DNA of 50,056 nt from IMG/VR virus record IMGVR_UViG_3300005526_000003, positions 1-50,056 of that record; one strand, written 5' to 3'. The position numbers and the translations under genes are program-made. The DNA is from a virus. Its lineage: Duplodnaviria > Caudoviricetes. Position 1 is the stretch's first letter. Each line of letters begins with the position of its first letter. Below, in pieces: positions 43,429-50,056 of the stretch. Below the pieces are notes generated by a model. It saw only the letters and a list, made by a program, of their open reading frames with translations. It was not told the DNA's origin and searched no databases.

Positions 43429-44357
43429 AGGCTATCTGGCAGGACGGTTAGGAAAGCCATCTGGGATAGGATTCCAGACACCGACGCGGTTACTGTTACC
43501 TCAATCTGATAGATGACTCCAGCAATACCGTCCACCAGCGTCACGTAGACGATATTCCCACTCACCACAGTGCTGCCTTGCCAGAGCGCCTGCGGGTTCG
43601 CATCCACCCCCGACCAGACCTTTACGGTCACTTGGGGCAGACTCAGCACATCGCCGGCGAGCACCGAGTTGCTGAAGTCGAACGGCGCCCCAATCTCCTC
43701 CGAGACTCTCTTCGGTCCGAAGATGCTACGCATGGAGGTAGTCAAGATTGGCCCCAGTAGGTTGCCCTTGAGGAAGCGAAACTTACTCGCCGGGCCTCCC
43801 TGGTAGGAGTAGGTGCCAGTGCTCGGGGCGAAGACGATGCTGCGGCCGACGAAGCTGAGATCAACGCCCACCTCTTCGTAAGGGATGAAATCAACGGCGA
43901 TCCCGAAGTCGGACTGCGAATCTGCCCCCTGATAAGCGTAGATGCCGCCCGACAGTACGAGGCTGTACTTGTGCTGTGCTCCCAGGTTCGCCGCCTGTCC
44001 CGCGTACAGATAGATTGCACCTCCGGCGAAGAAGGCGTACTTGGCTGAAGGGACGTACGGAGTGTTGAACCACCAGTTATTCCAAACCGTCGGGCCCAGG
44101 TCAGCGGCGGCCCGCTGGATGAAGGGCCAGGGCTTCGGGAAGCTATGACTGGGAGTGGTGATCCAAGTCGAGCGGAGCAGGCGCCCCTGGTCGAAGAACG
44201 GAGGGGGGATGAAGACCCAGGTGACCAGCCACCAGTTAACCCAGACCGTATCGCCCGCCGAGACCCTCGCTCCCACGTCGATGCGGGGGTAGATGAGGGA
44301 GGTGCGGCTACGGAGCAGCCAGGCATTACTGTCGAATGTCTGTCCAAAGGCAGCCAT
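43425..44357 (-). CDS. Fibre-module protein with Y-x-L-x-x-x-x-G-x-Y repeats and a C-terminal adaptor-like Ig domain
   Basis: YAFFAGGAIYLYAG, YSLVLSGGIYAYQG, FAPSTGTYSYQG; PK..SE…FDFS…G..G.IY.I.V. Confidence 0.65.
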   Translation of the reverse strand: MAAFGQTFDSNAWLLRSRTSLIYPRIDVGARVSAGDTVWVNWWLVTWVFIPPPFFDQGRLLRSTWITTPSHSFPKPWPFIQRAAADLGPTVWNNWWFNTPYVPSAKYAFFAGGAIYLYAGQAANLGAQHKYSLVLSGGIYAYQGADSQSDFGIAVDFIPYEEVGVDLSFVGRSIVFAPSTGTYSYQGGPASKFRFLKGNLLGPILTTSMRSIFGPKRVSEEIGAPFDFSNSVLAGDVLSLPQVTVKVWSGVDANPQALWQGSTVVSGNIVYVTLVDGIAGVIYQIEVTVTASVSGILSQMAFLTVLPDSL

Positions 44358-45161
44358 TTATCCCTGAGACTCGCCATAGGTTCCGAACACTGGGTTACCG
44401 GGGGCGCTGCCCAGGGAGTAGATGAAAAACGGTACGCTGCCATTGTAGATGCGGGGGAAGCAACCTGTTAGGCAATCACCGGAGCCAAAGTTCGCCAACA
44501 GCTGGAGCATGGTTAGGGGACGGTAGGCGACGACGTTGATGGTACCAGAGGTCCACGCATTCGAGAGGGTAATCGACTGCACCGAGCGCACGCCGGTGTC
44601 GCCGGCTTGGAGGCCGATTAGGAAGGTCGAGCCTGCCGCTGGCGCTCCTACTGTTGCGAAGATGTTCGCGCCTGAACGGCTCGCCGTCCCCGCCTGATTC
44701 GTATAGCCGAGGGTGAAGGTCGGCGTTGCCGCCCCCACTACCGTTACGGATACATCTACCGCGAGGAACACCCCCGTTCCGCCAGTGCCGCCGGTCGCAT
44801 CGCGGGAGGGCCAAGTGGGGGAGGCGATGGTCTGGGAGGTGGTGCTAGTAACATCGATGTTGCCGTTGTCCCAGATCCGATCACAGAGCATCACCCACCC
44901 TCCCGGCGTGCCGGAGAGGTGGGAGAAGTGGAGGCGGGCGAGATTCGTGTTCAGGCCGCCGCCGGGATCGGTGTGCGGGAGCTGACCATTAACTGGTGCA
45001 GTATAGGTCGCGCCGTTCAGGGTGTTATTCCAGCTCCCCGCCCCCGGTATGCCGATCTGGCCCCAGGTTGTCTGTGGGCGGGTGATAGCAAGGGCAGCTT
45101 TCGCGAAGGACCGTACCGGCTGCACACCGGCGAGCATCCCGTCCAGTGTTGTGATTGTCAT
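44358..45161 (-). CDS. Tandem paralog 3 (267 aa), beta-rich virion-type protein
   Basis: Start MTITTLDG via TAATG overlap; shares LCDRIWD, WP.RD, YTNQ.G, GDTGV.S. Confidence 0.8.
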   Translation of the reverse strand: MTITTLDGMLAGVQPVRSFAKAALAITRPQTTWGQIGIPGAGSWNNTLNGATYTAPVNGQLPHTDPGGGLNTNLARLHFSHLSGTPGGWVMLCDRIWDNGNIDVTSTTSQTIASPTWPSRDATGGTGGTGVFLAVDVSVTVVGAATPTFTLGYTNQAGTASRSGANIFATVGAPAAGSTFLIGLQAGDTGVRSVQSITLSNAWTSGTINVVAYRPLTMLQLLANFGSGDCLTGCFPRIYNGSVPFFIYSLGSAPGNPVFGTYGESQG

Positions 45162-45970
45162 TAGCCTGCTGTCTCCAAGTAGTGACCCGCCACCAGGGCG
45201 ATCGTCGCTCCGGAGGGAACGTATATGAGGAAGGGGACGGTGCCGTTGAAGATCTGAGGAAACCCTGCAGTGATCGCATCGACGGCGGAGGAGAATCCTA
45301 GCACCGGCGACTCGAGCGCTGCCAGCACCCGGTAGGCAACCATATTGATGCTGCCCGAGGTCCACGCGGTTGAGAACTGGATGTTCTGGATCGAGCGCAC
45401 CCCAGTATCACCTGTCTGTAGCGTGAGGCGAAAGAACCGATTCGCCGCCGTGCTGGTCGTCGGGGTGTCCAAGAAGAGGCCGGTGTGGGAGGCTGTTCCT
45501 GATTGGTTAGTGTAGGTGTAGCTGGATAGTACCGCTGCGGTTGCGGAGACGGTTGCCGCGACCTCGATCCCGATCAGGATACCATCCCCATTCGTACTCC
45601 CCGCCACGTCGCGGGCGGGCCAGGCTACGCTATTAACTGTCTGATTCGTAACGTCGTTAATCGCAGGCCGTCCATCCCACAGCCTATCACACAGGAGTAT
45701 GGTACCGGAGCCAGCGTTCCAGGCTGTCTGTATACGGGCGAGGTAGGCATTTGATCCGCCTGGCGGATCAACGTGGGGAATCTGTCCTGTTACAGGAGCA
45801 ACGTAGGTTGCACCAGCGATGCCAGTATTGAAGCTACCCGCCGCCGGTTGCCCACCGATGCCCCAGAGACTCGTCGGCGTCCCCGCCACCGGCGTTGGGG
45901 AGGAGCCCTTGGAGATCTGTTGGACCTGTTGCAGGTTGGAGATCACGCCGTTAAGTGTAGTAATAGCCAT
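45161..45970 (-). CDS. Tandem paralog 2 (269 aa)
   Basis: Same motifs as paralogs 1 and 3. Confidence 0.8.
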   Translation of the reverse strand: MAITTLNGVISNLQQVQQISKGSSPTPVAGTPTSLWGIGGQPAAGSFNTGIAGATYVAPVTGQIPHVDPPGGSNAYLARIQTAWNAGSGTILLCDRLWDGRPAINDVTNQTVNSVAWPARDVAGSTNGDGILIGIEVAATVSATAAVLSSYTYTNQSGTASHTGLFLDTPTTSTAANRFFRLTLQTGDTGVRSIQNIQFSTAWTSGSINMVAYRVLAALESPVLGFSSAVDAITAGFPQIFNGTVPFLIYVPSGATIALVAGHYLETAG

Positions 45971-45972
45971 GA

Positions 45973-46791
45973 CTATTTCTGCGTTTCGGCGTAGCAGCCT
46001 GCAAAGCTACTCGCTGTGGTGACGTTGGGGACTATGACGAGGAAAGGAACCACTCCATTCCAGATTTGTGGGAGGCCACCTGTTACTGGGTCGAGGACGT
46101 TCGGCTGCGCTGACAGCGCGCACTCGATTTCTGCCAGTATCCGATAGGCGACCATATTCACGGTGCCGCTTGCCCAAGCAGTGCTGAATTGGATACTCTG
46201 AATCGACTGGATACCGGTGTCGCCTCCCTGGAGGCTGAGACGGAAGAACTGCCCCGCGTTCGCAGCGCCCGTTGGGTTGTCGATGAAGTTGCCGGTGCGA
46301 GAGGTCACCCCGCTCTGATTCGTGTAGGTGTAATTGGTGAGGACGACTGTAGTCGCGGAGGTGGTAGCGGAAACTTCGATCGCCGCCACAATCCCTACGC
46401 CAGCTGTCGTCCCCGTCGCGTCCCGAGTAGGCCAGCCCGCTGTATTAATATTCTGTACCGAGGTCGAGTTGATCGTGAGCTGGTTATCCCAGATTCTATC
46501 ACAGAGCAGAAACGGACCCGCCGCACCATTGATCTGTCCTTGGATGCGGGCCAAGTACGAATTGACTCCGCCAGCAGGGTCGGTGTGGAAGATCTGCCCG
46601 TTCACCAGCCCACTCGAGGAGCTGTAATTCGAGCCGCCCAGGCTACCATTCAGGCTGCCCGGTCCAGGGATGCCGGCGAGCTGCCAGAGGCTCTGTGGCC
46701 TCCCCGCAACGAGCGTCGGCGTGCCCACTTTGAAGATAGGCCATACCTGCTGCATGCCAGCGAGGACGTCATTGTTACTTGCAAGTGGCAT
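45973..46791 (-). CDS. Tandem paralog 1 (272 aa)
   Basis: Same motifs; AGGA RBS. Confidence 0.8.
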   Translation of the reverse strand: MPLASNNDVLAGMQQVWPIFKVGTPTLVAGRPQSLWQLAGIPGPGSLNGSLGGSNYSSSSGLVNGQIFHTDPAGGVNSYLARIQGQINGAAGPFLLCDRIWDNQLTINSTSVQNINTAGWPTRDATGTTAGVGIVAAIEVSATTSATTVVLTNYTYTNQSGVTSRTGNFIDNPTGAANAGQFFRLSLQGGDTGIQSIQSIQFSTAWASGTVNMVAYRILAEIECALSAQPNVLDPVTGGLPQIWNGVVPFLVIVPNVTTASSFAGCYAETQK

Positions 46792-46798
46792 AGCGATC

Positions 46799-49700
46799 CT
46801 AGATGGTTAAGAACCGACCATCTCGGTCGGAGAGGGTGATGGAGGTTACTGACACTGGCGTTACAGGATTAATGCTCAGATCGCCGAAGCCGTTCGAGGC
46901 GCAGGTCTTGTATCCGGTCAGCCCGAGCGCGGTGAGGTTAACAACCTGCGTCCCATTCCCCTTCGGATTCATAAACACCACTCCTCCGGGGTAGACTCGA
47001 TACCAGACGCCGGCGGTCCGCGCAGCCGACTGTGGAGGATCGCCGCCTACCCCTAGCCAGCCGAACATTCCATTCTGCTGGAGCATCTCATCCAGGAAGT
47101 AAACCCGATCGGGGCGGTAGTCCTCCTGGTTATTGAGGGCGTACATGTAGTCCCGCATCATCGTAAAGGCCATGCCGAACCTGGCGGCCTGCCAGTCCGC
47201 CGCCACCCAGCTCGCCTGGTTCGTGGAGGTGAACGCCGTGGTGCGGTTGCGTCCGCACTGCTCTACGATCAGCGAGCCGCCTGGCGCAACCATCACCTCA
47301 GCCGCGATCAGGTTCTGCATCACCTGGGCGGTCGTGGTGGTGCCCTGCCCCTCTATCGAGGTGGACATCCCTATCACGGCCTGACAGTAGACTACATCGA
47401 ACAGCCCAATCTGGGAGGGATCGAGGGCGACCTGGTAGCTGAAGTTGGTGGTGGAGTGGACGTAGTAATCGCAATTCCCCAGTATCATAATCTTCGGGTT
47501 TATCGCCCGAAGCGCCATCACGTGGATGCCGATACCCTGCTGGAGCCAGGTGGAGATCTGCGGGTCAGCGGAGCTTGGCCAGTGGGAGGTAAAGCTCGTG
47601 GTGGTGTTCTGCCAGGCGCCAGTCTCCCGCGGCTGGCACATCACGTTATCCATCTGGTAGCCATCCAGATAACGATTCACTGCCATCGCCTTGCCCGATG
47701 GATAGCCCAGCACCGTTGACTGCCCCATTCTCAGCACGCCATCGTAGTGGTTCCAGAAGCCCTGAGCGAAGGTCCGATTATTACTATCGAGGGCAGTATT
47801 CTGGTTGGACTGCTGCATCCGGCTGCCGTCGCTGGCGCCGAAGCTGTCGATTACGATCGAACCGGAGGGGTAGGAGGTAAGCAGCCACCATTTAGCGGCG
47901 CTAATCGCAGCGGTCCACTGATAGTAGGTACCGCCGTTAGTCTGTGAACCTGAGCCCCCCGAGGTCGCTGTGGCTGACTGGTTGGAGGAGTTGACATAGT
48001 GGATGCAACGGCAATTAATACCGTTCGCCTTCGCCAGGCTCTTGATGTTAGCGAAGATGGTGGGGAAGGTAGTGTTCCCCATATCCTGTTCGATGTTTAT
48101 GTAGGGACCAGGATTGACGATATTGAACTTCGCGGCATTCGTCTGGAACGTGGCGTTGGCGTAGGAGGTGCCAGCGCCCGAGGGGTTGTTCGGGTTTATA
48201 ACCTGCCAGAAGGTACGAGGGGCCGGATCTGTCGCCACCGGCGGTGGGTAGAAGAAGGTGCCCCGCGACTCGCCCGTTGTCGAATCGCTGGCGTAGGTAC
48301 CACTAGTCACATTCCAATCAGTCGGAGAAACTGGCATGGTTGTCTTGCTGACGAAGTTGTCAAAGCCGACGCTACCATAGACGACGTGCACGCTGCCGGG
48401 ATAGGCTCCTGTATCTGTCAGGTAGATGTTCTTGTTGAACACCAAATTGCCTGAATTGAAGGCGTGCGTGATCCACGCCCCGTCCGTCGCTCCGTTGTTG
48501 GGATTGAAAGGAGGGGCGCCAGCGATCGATAGATAGCCTCCTACCGTCCCATCTACGATGTTATCGACTACAACCCAACGATCTTGCAAGACATCGTTCG
48601 GCCCTGCAACAATTTCCTGTATCCCCTTCGTGATAGTGGGGTCGGCGTAGCCAGTGCCAGCGTTGATAGCGATGTGGAGGTTGTTGTTGATTTTGACGTC
48701 AGGGGTGTATCCCTGACAGTCGATCCAGACTAGCTTCGTCTTTTGCCCAAGATTGTCAGTCATCGCTGGGTTGTCCCAGCAGATGTTGTTGTGAATCCAA
48801 ACCCTGGCGAGGAAGAGACAGGGGTTGAAATCGGCGTTGGAGGCGAGGTAGGTTAGCTGGCCTACACCATAGACTTGGTTGTCATGTATGTGAACGTCGG
48901 TGATGCTCTCCCACATGCCGCCCGCCTGAGGAGGGCGCTGGTACTTGGGAGCACCGCCGGCGATTCCTCCGGGAGGGGTGAGGGTGTTGTAGGTAAAGGT
49001 GGTGGAGTTCACCACAGTGCAGGTGAAGCTGCCGTTGTAGGCGGCGTTGTTAGCGCCGGAGATCGTAGTCCAGAATTTCGTCCCTGGCGGCATAGCGACC
49101 GCTGGCATGGCGAACTGGAGTATCGCAGTCGCCAGCGTCCCGACCGCGGTCAGCCCAGTAATGGTCTGGGTGGCAGCACTGGAGACCTGATCGCGGGCAG
49201 TCAGGGGAAAGGCCCGGCCCTGCTGTCCCTGCGAATCATTCAAGAACGCGTTGTTCTGGATCAGATTCCCATAGTACTCAAACCTCGACCCGCTCTTAAT
49301 CTCCATGTGATTCTTGACCCGCTGGGAGAGGGAGACGGTATTACCGTTCTGCGGATCGATCGTTGTGACCTGCTGCCAGGAAGTGGGCTTGTGGCTGTAG
49401 TTGTAGCGAATCGTCTCGTCGTGCTCTAGGTTGGCCTGGGCGACGTAGCCGCCACCGACGAAGGTGTTCTCGGTGGTGGACTCGAGGTAGCAATTCTGGA
49501 TGCAGAGGGGGCCGTTCGCGGCCATCAGGACGGTGTGGGCGTCGGTGCCCTCTGGGCCGGCGTCGCAGCCGAACAGGTAGCACTGATGAAATACTACGTT
49601 GGTGCCGGAGGAGGCGCAGCAGCGATCGAAGTACGATCGAGTGCTGACGAGGTTGTTGCGACCGATCACGCAGCGGTCGAACATCACCCCCACAGCGTCG

Positions 49701-50056
49701 CCGGCGACTGCGCTGCAGTTGATGAACTGGTTCACCACTACGTTATTGGCAACCGGCTGAATGCAGATACCTACAACGCGGACGTTATCTCCATGCACCA
49801 CCAGCGCCCCGAAGCCGTTCCCGTCGTTGTTGTTCGTCTGATTGTACTGGAGGATGGGCATGGTCGGAGAGGGGTTGATGTTGCCCCCGGCGATCCCGAT
49901 CCCTGCATCCCAGGGACTCACGTGGTTGCCCAGGCCGACTAGGAGGTTGGCGGTGCAGTTTGCTTGGAGGCCGATATCCCACACCACCAAGGTGCTGCCT
50001 TGGGTGTACAAGGCGGGGAGGGTTTCGATCCCCGAAGGGTTGCTGGAGGCGAACTT
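46799..50056 (-). CDS. C-terminal part of the ~1412-aa protein: pectate-lyase-like beta-helix with FCCH-like insert and a C-terminal putative glycoside hydrolase (GHL15-like) domain
   Basis: N/I-rich beta-helix repeats (IQNCYLES…ENTFVGG, KNHMEIK, ITDVHIHDN); YLDGYQMDN…ILGN…ARFG…WLG…GVWYR.Y..G.V..NP.GNG…L.DRDG. Confidence 0.75.
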   Translation of the reverse strand, partial: KFASSNPSGIETLPALYTQGSTLVVWDIGLQANCTANLLVGLGNHVSPWDAGIGIAGGNINPSPTMPILQYNQTNNNDGNGFGALVVHGDNVRVVGICIQPVANNVVVNQFINCSAVAGDAVGVMFDRCVIGRNNLVSTRSYFDRCCASSGTNVVFHQCYLFGCDAGPEGTDAHTVLMAANGPLCIQNCYLESTTENTFVGGGYVAQANLEHDETIRYNYSHKPTSWQQVTTIDPQNGNTVSLSQRVKNHMEIKSGSRFEYYGNLIQNNAFLNDSQGQQGRAFPLTARDQVSSAATQTITGLTAVGTLATAILQFAMPAVAMPPGTKFWTTISGANNAAYNGSFTCTVVNSTTFTYNTLTPPGGIAGGAPKYQRPPQAGGMWESITDVHIHDNQVYGVGQLTYLASNADFNPCLFLARVWIHNNICWDNPAMTDNLGQKTKLVWIDCQGYTPDVKINNNLHIAINAGTGYADPTITKGIQEIVAGPNDVLQDRWVVVDNIVDGTVGGYLSIAGAPPFNPNNGATDGAWITHAFNSGNLVFNKNIYLTDTGAYPGSVHVVYGSVGFDNFVSKTTMPVSPTDWNVTSGTYASDSTTGESRGTFFYPPPVATDPAPRTFWQVINPNNPSGAGTSYANATFQTNAAKFNIVNPGPYINIEQDMGNTTFPTIFANIKSLAKANGINCRCIHYVNSSNQSATATSGGSGSQTNGGTYYQWTAAISAAKWWLLTSYPSGSIVIDSFGASDGSRMQQSNQNTALDSNNRTFAQGFWNHYDGVLRMGQSTVLGYPSGKAMAVNRYLDGYQMDNVMCQPRETGAWQNTTTSFTSHWPSSADPQISTWLQQGIGIHVMALRAINPKIMILGNCDYYVHSTTNFSYQVALDPSQIGLFDVVYCQAVIGMSTSIEGQGTTTTAQVMQNLIAAEVMVAPGGSLIVEQCGRNRTTAFTSTNQASWVAADWQAARFGMAFTMMRDYMYALNNQEDYRPDRVYFLDEMLQQNGMFGWLGVGGDPPQSAARTAGVWYRVYPGGVVFMNPKGNGTQVVNLTALGLTGYKTCASNGFGDLSINPVTPVSVTSITLSDRDGRFLTI
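49987..50056. repeat. Copy of bases 1-70
   Basis: Exact identity. Confidence 0.95.

Noticed and set aside
44358-45365. 335-aa version of paralog 3 in the ORF track
   Set aside because: Homology and the TAATG overlap place the start at 45161
1-50056. Integrase, CI-type repressor, tRNA genes, tape measure, reverse transcriptase/DGR
   Set aside because: No such motifs recognised by eye; absence has not been confirmed by a search

Overview
The window looks like a complete, circularly permuted ~49,986-bp dsDNA phage genome. Bases 1-70 are repeated exactly at 49987-50056, and a 1412-aa ORF reads through that junction. The virion genes are podovirus-like: portal, scaffold, MCP, P22 gp4/gp10-like and ejection proteins, with no tape measure or tail tube. 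Spanins, a Tat signal and a PEP-CTERM-like tail point to a Gram-negative host. Two divergent arms start from a control region at ~3330-3855. The + arm (3855-21227) holds early and replication genes: UvrD helicase, Cas4-like nuclease, AAA/Sak4-like ATPase, SSB-like protein, ParB-methyltransferase, a UDG-exonuclease-PolA fusion and a DUF3987-like ATPase. The - arm runs from TerS through a ~9-kb fibre/glycanase module, TerL, head, tail, ejection proteins, a PurD-like ATP-grasp ligase and lysis genes. I recognised no integrase, primase, tRNA or CRISPR array. The strongest unexplained signals are: (i) a palindrome ATAACA-N5-TGTTAT at four strategic sites, one forming a symmetric bidirectional promoter; (ii) a ~260-bp CAA/TTG inverted-repeat element around a T-tract, a candidate origin in a phage with no visible primase; (iii) three early proteins sharing a C-terminal D-x-x-A-L-K-x-x-L-x-x-L tail; (iv) a triplicated-gene fibre module with a shared Y-x-L-x-A-x-x-G-x-Y repeat that separates TerS from TerL; (v) a non-canonical PolA active site; (vi) a PurD-like ligase among virion genes. 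All family assignments come from motifs recognised by eye, not from database searches.
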